A stretch of DNA of 61,342 bases from Octopus bimaculoides (taxonomy: Eukaryota), in NCBI RefSeq assembly GCF_001194135.2, contig NC_068984.1:47386729-47448070 (forward strand). The letters are read 5' to 3'. Made by a program: the position numbers and the translations under genes. The notes beneath the pieces are model-generated. The model was given only the letters and a program-made list of their open reading frames with translations, did not search any database and was not told where the DNA came from. How positions within the stretch are numbered: position 1 is the stretch's first letter; each line of letters opens with the position of its first letter. Shown here one piece after another: positions 26,371 through 38,219 of the stretch.

Positions 26371-28260
26371 CATAAAATATGTTGGGGAGAGAGGGTGTGA
26401 ACTATCATCAAATTGCTGGAAATTCGAAGAGGAACCTTTCACCTTTATTTTAAAGTTTCCAAACACCACATCATTTCAAATCATCCACACAACACACACC
26501 TCTTATCCGTGCCCCTTTCCTCCCCTACTAAAAAAAAAAAAAAAACCGCATCCTACTCGCCCTGTACCGTTAAGTTTGTCGCCTACATTCGCATTTATAT
26601 AGTAACAGCTACATGGCTGTAGGTGGAGGGAGATGGTGTGGCGCTTAAAGAGGTATTTCCTGTATCTAAAAAGAGAACCGAATACAAAATAGAGCAACAA
26701 TAACAACAAGAACAAAAGTAATAATAAAACATATATTCATAGCTAATACATGCTGAGAAATGTACCAGTATTATAGCACCATTTAAAAGCTACCTACCGT
26801 CATCATACCCTGGGAGTATAGAATACAAAGATGTTTGAGGTGGTGATGGCTTCATTCCCATCGTAATTTTTCTCAGTGTGCTCATGGGGATATGTTTGGG
26901 CCCGTGCGTATTTGTAATATATGAGAGCACAGAGCGTTCACACACACACATGTATATATGTGCGTATGTGTATGTATTATATATGGATGTATGTTTAAAC
27001 GTGCATATTTGTGTAAGGATGTACAATTGAGTACGTATGTGCCAGTGTTTGACTGTATATAAGTGGAAGTGTTTGCACTTAGGTTTGTATGTTTGCACCT
27101 ACATGAATGTATATGAACCTTGAATAGAATATTTGTACTCGAGTGTATTCGAATTATGTGTATGTCTCGATACTCGTGTGTGTGTATGTGCGGGGGGTGG
27201 CGGTGTACATGTATGTGTGGATATGACACCAGTTCTCCCAACCCCGTAATTATTGAGGACTGGTGCACAGTTCAAGCAAGGTATTGATGAATTTACACCT
27301 GGAAAGTTCGACAGTGGATTGTAGCTAACATGTTCTATTTACACACACTCAATAAGTATTCGAATTTGGCAGCAGTTTGAGCTTTCTACACCAGCATATA
27401 CAATCCAATGTAATTGTATCTGATCAACAGAGCAGACTCCTTTACGAAGTACAATTTGGAAATCCCTGAAACATTAGGCTGTATTTTTCTATATCAGCTC
27501 AGAATGACCTCTCAAAGTGTAATAGAACTGTTGGTACCATAGCTCTTAATAATCTAAGTAGTTTTGTTTGCATAGGATTTCAGTCTACTATTTTCGTTTA
27601 TTTATTTATTTTGCAAATTTCTATGAGATGTTACGACAAATTTCGTGATTTGATATTTCTAAATCAGCAGTATGATATCTGACTTCTTGGAGAAAATGGT
27701 TTTTAACAGTGATGATATTTATAATGTCTCTGAATAAGTTGTACTGATTATGAACTTCGGGTTCAGCTCTAGAAGTTGTTTCCCTCATCTATGAGTGGCA
27801 TGCATGTCAACGTATTTGTATGTTAGTCACTGAAAATACGGACTTATGGCTAGAACCTGTGACAAAAAGAATATTTATGGACAATTGCTCCTTATCTATT
27901 CATATTACAAATTTACATCTGTACATATAAACAATTAGTGCACTTGGTTTTATGGCAATTTTTGTTCATGCATTTATCGTACGTAAGCAATAAGTTTAGA
28001 TATTCCAACTATTTGTATTATTTTATCCCTTTACTGCTTTCAGGCGTTGGTCTATAGCTAGGTGTAGCATCGACTTTAAGGGATTTTAGTTGGTTATATT
28101 GACCGCAGTAATTTTCTCAGTCTAGCATATATATTATAGATTGCGTCACTTCTTCATGTAAAGGAACGAATTATGAATTATCGTTTTATGCATATATATA
28201 TATATATATACGTATAGACACACATTGTTACATGCATACATACATACATACGTACATACA

Positions 28261-28662
28261 GGCGCAGGAGTGGCTGTGTGGTAAGTAGCTTGCTTACCAA
28301 CCACATGGTCCCGGGTTCATTTCCACTGCGTGGCACCTTGGGCAAGTGTCTTCTACTATAGCCTCGGGCCGACCAAAGCATTGTGAGTGGATTTGGTAGA
28401 CGGAAACTGAAAGAAGCCCGTCGTATATATGTATGTATATATATATATATATGTATGTGTGTTTGTGTGTGTCTCCCCACCATCGCTTGACAACCGATGT
28501 TGGTGTGTTTACGTCCCCGTAACCTAGCGGTTCGGCAAAAAGAGACCGATAGAATAAGTACCGGGCTTACAAAGAATAAGTCCTGGGGTCGATTTTCTCG
28601 ACTAAAGGTTGTGCTCCAGCATGGCCGCAGTCAAATGACAAACAATTAAAAGAGTAAAAGAG
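28261..28662 (+). mobile_element. SINE family A, full length (tRNA head, CORE-like segment, internal microsatellite)
   Basis: A-box tggctgtgtgg 28271-81, B-box-like ggttcatttcc about 28314-24, caccttgggcaagtgtctt, internal (TA)/(TG)n 28424-28472, (taaaagag) tail. Confidence 0.9.
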
Positions 28663-29857
28663 TATACATACATACATACACGATAGACTTGGGTTTAGAA
28701 TGGAAATGATGGCGTAACTCGATGCAGAACAAATAGCTCGATGAACGTTATTCGTAAAGTACCGTTTTCCTCTCGTCGCTGTGATTCAGATAGTTTTGAT
28801 GATATACATCTAAACATATGCGGCAGACTTCACCACAGTTTCTGTGTACTAAATACCGCAAGCAAAATTTATGTTATGTCGAAATATAATAAAAGATAGA
28901 TTCATACGGTACCGCACAGTGGTATCGAACCGGACACCATGTTTTCTTAATAACGTCATTCCTAACAGCACAACCATCTCTGCACTAACACACAGATGTA
29001 TGCATATGTCATATATATATATATATATGCACACATACATACAAATACGTATTGGCACACACAAATACACACACATAGATACGTATATCCATACACACAC
29101 ACACACACAAGTGCATACACATTCACACACATAAACGCGGATTATTTTCAAACCTACACCGTCTATTTTTGTAGACATCGTTTCCATTCCAATTACTCTT
29201 AAATGCTGCCTCTCCACCAATCACTATATTAAATGACGCAATGAACTTTCAAACGCTACATCATTAACTAAGCTACTGCTGACAACAACATCAGCCCAAA
29301 TAGTATCAGTACATCATCATATTCTTTCCTTTATCTTTCTTTTTGCTTCTTCCGATCGCGCTTTGCAACCTATGTGCCGGTTTAAAAATAATTCCAGCGT
29401 GTAAAATAAACAAGAACGAAAGTCATAAGATAATCACGTGTAATAAGATAATCGCGTGTAATAACAGTAACGAGATCAACATTAATAGCAGCAGAAACTA
29501 CAACAACTACAAGAGAAACGAAACAAAATGCAAATTAATACACGAAAACAGATACTAAAATGTAGTTAAGGAAAACCACATGAAAATAAAAGCAAGATAG
29601 GAACAGACAATTGAAACAACAAAAGTAACATTAAAACAATAAAGACAATAACCTTAATCACGTTAGCAATGATATCAACAGCTGTAATCTCATGAAAACA
29701 GCAGCAATAACTATAACATAATTATCTGAACAATAACAATTGTCACACAATGCTAGCAGAAAGAATAACGAAGGCGATACAATAACCACTGCAGTGGTAA
29801 CAGCAAGGACATACTGACAACAATAATAAGAAGAACAATAATATGCTTTCTGATGTA

Positions 29858-30068
29858 GGCACAAGGCTTCAATTTTGTGGGTAGGGGGTCCAATCGATTT
29901 ACATTGACCCCAGGGTTCAACTGGTACTTATTCAACTGACCCTGAAAGGATGAAAGGTAAAGGCAAAGTCAATCTCAACGGAATTTAACCCCAGAACGTA
30001 AAGTCGGCAGAAATGCAGCGAATCATTTTGTCTGGCGTGCTAACGATTCTGCCATCTCGCAGCCTTAA
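29858..30068 (-). mobile_element. SINE family B
   Basis: Antisense match to 52330-52540 (gtgctaacgattctgcca, gaaaggatgaaagg, attgaccccagg). Confidence 0.85.
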
Positions 30069-30347
30069 CTACAGTAGTAATATCAAGAAAAAGAAAGTGA
30101 ATGATATAAAGTCTCAACGTTCACATTTAATAAAATGTTGCCAATGCCATCATCGTTCCCATGAAGCGGAATTGACAACTCTAATAAAGTGCTGAATCTT
30201 CATGATTCTATAATCTTGTTTGACAACTATCTTTGTTTCTTAGTTTTGTGTTGATGAGTGTGTGTATGTGTGTGACCTCACGCGCGTATCTGTACACTTC
30301 AGCTCACAATCATTGCTGTATGTATAAGTAATCCCAAGTTACCATAC

Positions 30348-30445
30348 ATGCCGGCATATAAGACACTTGCCGAAGATGCCACGCAATGGTACCGAACCAG
30401 GGACCTTGTGATTGCGAAACGAACTTCTTAGATATTCGGCCATAC
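30348..30445 (-). mobile_element. SINE family A, 5' head fragment
   Basis: agacacttgccgaagatgccacgcaatggtaccgaaccagggacc is antisense to 28300-28350. Confidence 0.65.
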
Positions 30446-31726
30446 TGTACACTTGACCAGGCTATCACATACTCTTACACATTGCTGGTTAGAGTGCGTT
30501 TCAATTCTTCCCTTTGTTGCGTTTTCTTCTTTGTTTTTACATTTGGGGCCGAAGTTTATGACTATGTCGACTTAGCATCGTCTTGAGATCATCCGGTTAG
30601 GTTCTTATTTCTTGGATGCCGCTTGACAACTGCACGGGTTCAACTGTTGTCTGTGAAACTTGCAACATGCAGCCACAGCGGCACATGTGATTTCGCTATT
30701 CTGCGATCACATCGTTTACTATACTCACTTTTCAAATTACCTCCCTTAATGATATTCCTAGCATGGATGTATTCCCATGGCTCTCTGTGCTGTAGCTAGA
30801 AGTAATTCTTCTTTCTTAAGAGAAGCACATGCCACACTAGCATATAAGAGCGATGGTGCTGTTAAAGAGATTGGCATACAGGGCTCTTTCCCAGCTCTAG
30901 TTTCAGTACATCTTTAATTGAAACAGACGCCTTTCAATCTGCTCTAACTCGACAAGATTTCAATATTCATGTTTCAGCCCGTACTTATTGTCTGTCCTAA
31001 GTAAATGCACTCCTTCACCTGCGCAATTTCATCGCCACCTCCCTTTATTCGGCCTTGTGTTTATGCTTTCAGACCGCTATTGTATATACATACATAAATT
31101 ACACAATTGCGTGCGCACACTCCAAAATTTGCGATAATCAAAAATAAAGTCACGCGTGCGCGTACGACACATATCCATTCATAAAATACCTCTGCTCGCA
31201 AACATGAGAAAATATAATAAACAATTTCAGCAGGAGGAAAGAAAAATGAAAACAAATACCTCATTTCTCACACTACACATCAATAACAAACATAAGATCT
31301 CAGCTTAACTTCACCACCTCTATCATAGAGAAACAACATGGCTATTGATAAACCATGCCACAAAGCAACCTATCCGATCCCTCTGTTTTCATAGAAAAGT
31401 AATAGCTGCTCACAAACGCCACCCAGGCCCGGCACACTTCCACACGCAGCCATACACCTAACATTCACACAACTTTTAAGAACCATGGTGATATCCATTT
31501 ATTTTAACAACTGAATCCACCCGGAGTTTGTTAGTGGCGGGGCAGTTTCTAAATCAGCGCCGCTTCACTCTCACACTACCAACCTCATATCTATTTCGTT
31601 AGCAAAATATTTACATTTCGCGAGTAAATAGGTAAGGATTGGTGAAGCAATGATGACGGCAGTATATGAATTTATACAATTGATAATGATGAGAATGAAC
31701 AACAACAATAATAATAATAATAATGA

Positions 31727-31942
31727 TTTCAAATTTTGGCACAAGCCCAGGAAGTTCGATGGAGAGGGTAAGTCGATTACATTGACCCCAGCGTTCAACT
31801 GGTACTCTTTCTACCGACCTCGAAAGGATAAATGATAAAGTCAACCTCGACAGAATTTGAACTTAGAACCGAGAGAGACGGATGAAATACAGCTAAGCAT
31901 TTTGTCTGACGTGCTAATGATTTTGCCAGCTCGCTGTCTTAA
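31727..31942 (-). mobile_element. SINE family B inside an (AAT)n tract
   Basis: Antisense A-box (tttgccagctcg), B-box (atttgaactt) and core; (AAT)n on both flanks. Confidence 0.85.
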
Positions 31943-31949
31943 TAAGAAC

Positions 31950-31983
<34 letters not shown>

Positions 31984-32096
31984 TAATAATAATCAATAAT
32001 ATTAATACGCAAACATTTTGTTTTTGTACGTGCCTGTTGTGTGCGTCACGCTTACTTCAAAGAATTGGCAAAGCAAGAGAGACGAGGACAGACAGG

Positions 32097-32149
<53 letters not shown>

Positions 32150-32942
32150 NNNNNNNNNNNNNNNNNNNNNNNNNNNNNNNNNNNNNNNNNNNNNTGGTGA
32201 CAGCGTTCGTTTTGTTTTTAAATGTTTGTCACATCGCGAGAAAAGAAGATACATAAAAAAATGAGAGACAAAGAGAAAGAGACAGTGAAAGAGACAGTGA
32301 GTGGTGACAGCGTTCGTTTTGTTTTTAAATGTTTGTCACATCGCGAGAAAAGTAGATACATAGATACATATACCCATTGTTAAATCAAAAGCGGGACAGA
32401 AGAGGGACACAAAGGAAGTGAAAGAGAGAAATTGAGAGAGACAGTAGATACATAAATCCAGAGAAACGTTCATACATAGATACATACACACAGCAAATAT
32501 TGGATGTCAATTTCACTTTTCATTACCACACGAGGATAAAATTAACTCACAAATGGCTGAGTACTCCAGACATGCATAACATTAACATAGTTCTCGGGGA
32601 GATTAAATTTCACACAGAATATGACAAGGCTGGCCCCTTTGAATTACAGCTACAATTCGAGACATATACATGAATGTATTTGTGTATAGTTTAGGTTAGT
32701 TAAAACATGTTTGCATAATAAGGGTCGCTTGGTGGAAATCAAACTTTCATTCATAAATCCATTTATTATTTCACTCTTTTGCATTTCAATTTGTACATTA
32801 AGGTTCTTTGAATATGTACGATGTATTTTAAAGTTAAATAGTAATTCCATTTACGTTTGTGTAACTGAAGTATTTTGGTTGGATTATATAGTCATTGATG
32901 TTACATTACTTTCTATATTCTGTAGCTGTCACAATATACTTT

Positions 32943-33100
32943 TCTAGGCCTGAATTTTTGTGGGGAGGGTGCCAGTTGATGAGATCGACCCCAGTACACA
33001 ACTGATACTTAATTTATCGACCTCGAAAGGACGAAAGGCAAAGTAGATCTCGGTAGAGTTTGAACTCAGGCCGTAAATACAGACGGTCATAATATGCAAA
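32943..33100 (-). mobile_element. SINE family B, head-truncated
   Basis: atcgaccccagtac...acttaatttatcgacctcgaaaggacgaaaggcaaagt...tttgaactcag. Confidence 0.75.
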
Positions 33101-33204
33101 CATTTCTCATGGCACCAGTACACTGTTTACAAATGCTTACATTTTTTATGTTTTCCGTGAATTTCTCACAGGCCCAGCTAATGCTAATAATAATAATAAT
33201 AATA

Positions 33205-33484
33205 TAACAGGTTAACTTGGAAGATTAAGCAGTTGTGGTCGATGAAAAAGGTGTTAGTAGTACCAATAATTGTCGGAGCCTTGGGTAAAAATCTTGAGAA
33301 TTACAGGGAACACATAGGGGCTACAATAAAGGTGGAGCACTTGCAGAAAACAGCACTGCTTGGAACCGCTCGAATACTCCGAAAGGTGCTCGAAAAATAA
33401 GAAGTGTTACATTAGTTCACTGATAGTGCACAGCTGACACCGTAGTACATCTCCAGCGTCAGAAGCTGTGCAAAGGCAATGAAA
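33205..33484 (+). mobile_element. R4/Dong-clade 3'-terminal fragment flanked by (TAA)n
   Basis: Open frame RLTWKIKQLWSMKKVLVVPIIVGALGKNL...LQKTALLGTARILRKVLEK* (stop 33398-400); TAA tracts at 33185-204 and 33485-94. Confidence 0.85.
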
Positions 33485-33494
33485 TAATAATAAT

Positions 33495-33705
33495 CCTTTC
33501 TACTGGAGGCACAAGGCTTCACCCTCAGAGACTAGTTGATTACATCGACCCCAGTGTTTCACTGGTACTTAATTTATCGACCCCGAAAGGATGAAAAGGA
33601 AAGTTGACCTCAGCGCAATTTGAACTGAGAATGTAGCGACGGGTGAAATACTGCTAAGCATTTCATGCAGTGTGCTATCGACCCTGCCAGATCGCCACCT
33701 TAAAT
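33495..33705 (-). mobile_element. SINE family B, full length
   Basis: Antisense ctgccagatcgccacc head, atttgaactgag B-box, atcgaccccgaaaggatgaaa core. Confidence 0.85.
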
Positions 33706-33754
33706 AATAATAATAATAATAATAATAATAATTATTATTATTATTATTATTATT

Positions 33755-33900
33755 GCTAAAGAAGTTAGAGCCGTTAGTATGTGGGGAAGAAATGCTTTGT
33801 AGCATTTGTTCCGACTTAGCATTCTGAGTTCAAATAACACTGAAGTGAACTTGCGCTCCATCCTTTGGAGGTTGATAAAATAAAGTAACAGTCAAGTACT
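33755..33900 (+). mobile_element. SINE family B, degenerate
   Basis: gttag...aaatgctt...ttctgagttcaaat...catcctttggaggttgataaaataaagt. Confidence 0.6.
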
Positions 33901-35136
33901 ACAAAAAAACGGCTATTGTGGGGTGTAATGTTTCACCTGAAGGCTTTATCATCCATGCAGCTTGTTGGGAAAGTAAGCGAAACTGACATATACACGAATT
34001 AGTTGGATTTAAATGTATTTCAGAACAGATTAACTCAGTTGTACACTAAAGTTGCATAGGCGTCGAACACGCTTACATCATCGGCTGTTCCGGTAATTTA
34101 TAATCCAGCGCCTCCTTTAATTGCGGTATAATTATTTCAGAAGTCCTATAAACGAACTTCTAAATTTCTCTTGACCCACCAGACAAGTTTTCTGGGAGCA
34201 ATTAGTGTGTATGTGTGTGTGTGTTGGGTATATTTCTAGAGGACTGCCACCACGCTATAAACTATTCGTTACCAACTCTTTGCAATACATAATTTGTTCA
34301 TTCATTCGAGTCATATTCAAAGGCAGAAACACTTTTCCAATCTTGGAAATGTTTACAATTAAGTCTCCCGCCACACGCTTACCTCCTTAGGTTCCTTTTA
34401 AAACATAAATGCGAAGAGCATGTTAAGAAATAACTTACCTTCGCTGCGGAGGATATAGTTTCCCAGCATGAACGAGGCAAAGTAAATATGTGCCCTTTAC
34501 GGTTAAATTTCAAAAGAGTGTCTAGGGGTGCGGTCCAGGAGTTAGGAGGTTAGTGCGTGGCGTTAGATTAGGTTTTAAACATTTGCTCTTTCATATTATT
34601 GCAGAGTTAGGGAGAGTGTTTCTGCCTATATAAATGTTGCAATTGAGAAAGTATGTTTCTCATAAGCCAACAGAGGCGTGTTGTGAAAGATGGGTAACGA
34701 AAAAGCTATTAAAATCATGATGACAGTCACCTGAGTATTTACTCAGAATTATTACGTTAACTTGTTTTTAGTCCGGCAGAATAGATAACATAATACGGGT
34801 CTGTATTCAGGGTGCTGGTAAATGGACAATGTACTTGTAAACATCTCACTAATAAATAAACATAGCAAACGGAGAGAACATACGCATCATAGAAAAAGTG
34901 AAAGAGAGAGAGAGAGAGAGAGACAGAGAGAGGAAAAAGAGCGTAGAGAAGACAAAGTAAATCCAGCAATACAATTTAAAGAAATGATATTCTAAAAAAA
35001 TTCTTCCATGTCTATCGATTAGTCCATATTAGGAATCAACTTTGGAGGGTGGGATCCCCTTGACGCTGCACACCACACGAAAGCTCATACTAGTCACATT
35101 ACTAAATTTACATTCTTCGAAATATCTCTTTTCTCC

Positions 35137-35179
<43 letters not shown>

Positions 35180-35784
35180 AAATCTCTGAACGAGGTATTA
35201 ACAGTAACTGCACGATAAAGTGAAGTATATTTGCCATTTAAGTGTGGCTGACCCCTAAGGGTGGATGTTACTGTTGCTTTTAGCCCCAGGAGAACATTTC
35301 CTCCAGCTGGCTTATCGACACACATCTGTGTCCTGTCTATTTTTGCCAAGGGAAGTTATCCCTCCCATCTTGGTCTGCGATACGTAAGAAAACATTTTCA
35401 ATATAGTTCTATATTTCGGCCGTTGATTCTCTCAGTAAATCCTACTGAATAAAATAACTACACACACATATATATATATATATTTCAAGGAGAGAAATAC
35501 CTCTGAAAGGGATGTCAGCATCCAAGTTCCCCGGTTTTATCCAGTGCGTCAATGAAACACTAAAAGATGTTAGCTTCACATTCATGGATATGGGTATATT
35601 ATCATTTATGTATAAGGAAAAGAAAGCGGAGAAATCGATATATAGACATGAATTTATTAAAACAAACCCAATATTGAACAATAGGAAACTCATACAACCA
35701 TAGAACAATATCATAGTTTGATATTGTTTGAAATTGGATTTGTTTTAATAAACTGATGTCTATATGTCAATTTATCCGTTTTCT

Positions 35785-35841
<57 letters not shown>

Positions 35842-36590
35842 CAGAATGGGACAAGAACGCAAAATATCAAGACAGTTAGGTGATACAAGAAAGGGGCAAA
35901 ACATCCAGATGGACGATACAAACAAAACACGGACAGGACATTCGGAGTTTTCTCTCTTCAGCGGAGATCCAGATTATCTTTGCAATTTCGGATGGTTATT
36001 CTAGATATATTCTGAATTTGTGTAAATGTGTATAGAATAATATATCAGTTGAATAAAGTTAAAACATGGTTTGGTGTTCACATTTTTTTATTATTGTATT
36101 AAAAATCCTTTTTTTCTAAGTGTCGAAGTTTGTTAAACAGGAAAAAATTATATTGTAAGGTTAATAAAGTTCAATTAGTGCTTTCCTACCCTCGTAGTAA
36201 CCATCAGATTTCAAAGTGTATTCTACTGAGAGTTGAGTTCTTGACAACTGTAGTAAAATGACTGACTTCTACCTTTTTATACCTCTTAGAAGGCTCCAAC
36301 AAATTGAATTTTTTTAATACGGTTTTGACCAATCCGCATGCAGCTTAAACGCCACGGTTTGCCGGACGTGCCAATATTACGGGCGTCGACCCCGCCTTTA
36401 TTTTAACTAATTAGGTTGCGGTTTAATGAGTGAACAAATTTAGTTGACTTCCATTGTTTTAATTTCAATTGGTGTGAGTCTTCTGTAATTTGTTTCTATT
36501 CATACGTTAAAGATATTTTTCAATCCACATCAATAACTGGTTGTTATATCATTGTTGTTATTTCCGTTCAGACCATGTTTTAACTTTATT

Positions 36591-36633
<43 letters not shown>

Positions 36634-36745
36634 ATTATGTTTTAAATTCTATTCTGTTTGCATCGTGCGTTTGTATATATGTGTGTATCTTTCTCTCTCT
36701 CTTTCCATGCACACACATAAGCATATTTAGATATACTCGTATATA

Positions 36746-36962
36746 AGAGGGGCTGCTGAAAATTTCTTGTCGTGAAGGGCGTCGTGAAAGGCCTGGTTGG
36801 AGGCCCAACATTTCGAGTTCTTTCAGAGGGCTTAGAAAAACTGAAGGACTGCTGTAATAAGTGTGTGAATCTGAGAGGGGTATATGTTTAATAAAATCAT
36901 AATTAACTGATTCTCTTGTATTTTCTTTTACCCAAAGCGAGGAATTTTTCAGCACCCCCTCG
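36746..36962 (+). mobile_element. mariner-derived mini-element (217 bp)
   Basis: TIRs agaggggctgctgaaaatttc / gaatttttcagcaccccctcg with TA on both sides; interior encodes EGLEKLKDCCNKCVNLRGVYV*, the mariner transposase C-terminus. Confidence 0.85.
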
Positions 36963-37374
36963 TATGCAAATATCAATTAGGTGAAAGAATACACACACAC
37001 ATACGCGCGCATTTCTACCTAATTCATTAATATTTGTTGCCAAATCCTGCCAAATCTGCAACAAGTGAAGTAAAAATCATCCACCCGTAATTAAGTTAGC
37101 GGTGAGATAAGCTCCTGCTATTGTGCTTTAGAAATGGAGGACGAATTTTCACGCAATGAATCTAATACGAAATGTGTGTAAAGAATAAGGAATGAAAAAC
37201 TGCGAAACAATTTACTGTTTGAATATTACTCGAGAAGTATTTCGTAAAACATGCTTATAACAATGTACGCATGAGCTTAAATGTAAATTAAACAAAATGT
37301 CTCGACTATAAATAGCAGACGCAGCTCATTAGATTTTGTCTAATTTACCGCTAACTTTTAAGTAGTAAGGTAGG

Positions 37375-38219
37375 AGCTGACGTTCCCGGTAACTCCCGGG
37401 AAAACTAGGCTTATCCCTTGGTTTCGTTCGCATAATTTCTTCGCTAATCCAATAAAAACAATACAAAGTGTGTTGCCCTTAAAATGGTCTGTGTACATTT
37501 ACAGAGAATACCGAACTGTCTTACACAGGATCTTGCTTTTAGGAATTCCAAATAAGTTATGAATAGCCAAATTGTGAAGTCAGTTATGTAATAACATGAA
37601 ATTAGTTAGCCGGTAGTAAGAATTCAAATAAAGTAGCCCCGAAAAGGGCTTTAATGTGTTCCCAGAGTATATAGAACATAGGAGGATTTACTAATAAGGT
37701 ATGTATACTAAAATCTTGAAGCATATTTCGTAATAACAGGCTAATCTGATATAAGATGATAACAATTCAAGGTAAATAACTCTGAAAAGGGCTTTTGTGC
37801 GTTCCAAGTCACTAACCGAAATAAGTGGATCTATTGTTTAGGAAAATATCATTTACTTGTTTAAGGATAAATTGCGAAAATAACTCTAACAGTTCAAATA
37901 CTAAGAAATAAGCATACTTAATTTCCTTTTAACCAAATAATTTTGGAAAATGAATGGGTTATTTCCTTTGGCTACATATAAGGATCCATTCCAGGTGCGA
38001 ATGGGTTATTTCCCCTGGTTTTTAGAATAAAATATATTACATATATAAAGATCCCTTCCAGGGGCCCTATTAACGATTTGTTTCAACAATCTGAGTATGC
38101 CATGAGTTTTCCAGACATGAATTCTACTCACGTGTCAAGTTTCATCAAAATCGATAAACCGATGTAGGAGGAATTAGGTAACAACTCCACAGACAGACTT
38201 TCCGACATATGTAGTAGAT
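37375..38219 (+). mobile_element. non-autonomous Helitron/Helentron-like element (DINE-1/Lep1-type architecture)
   Basis: 5' hairpin ttcccgg-taactc-ccgggaa (37383-402), internal imperfect direct repeats, and 3' gtcaagtttcatcaaaatcg...acagacagac...tagtagat typical of this class. Confidence 0.5.

Noticed and set aside
32195-32361. Direct duplication of about 60 nt with 107-bp period
   Set aside because: Abuts an N-gap; likely a contig-end overlap artefact.
34375-34445. Two minus-strand GTAAG donor motifs
   Set aside because: No supporting acceptor; they lie in a repeat-like segment with ttagg-type motifs.
35925-35975. Minus-strand CTGAAGA...GAAT hammerhead-like motif
   Set aside because: GAAA core broken and no stem I or III pairing; at most a decayed repeat end.
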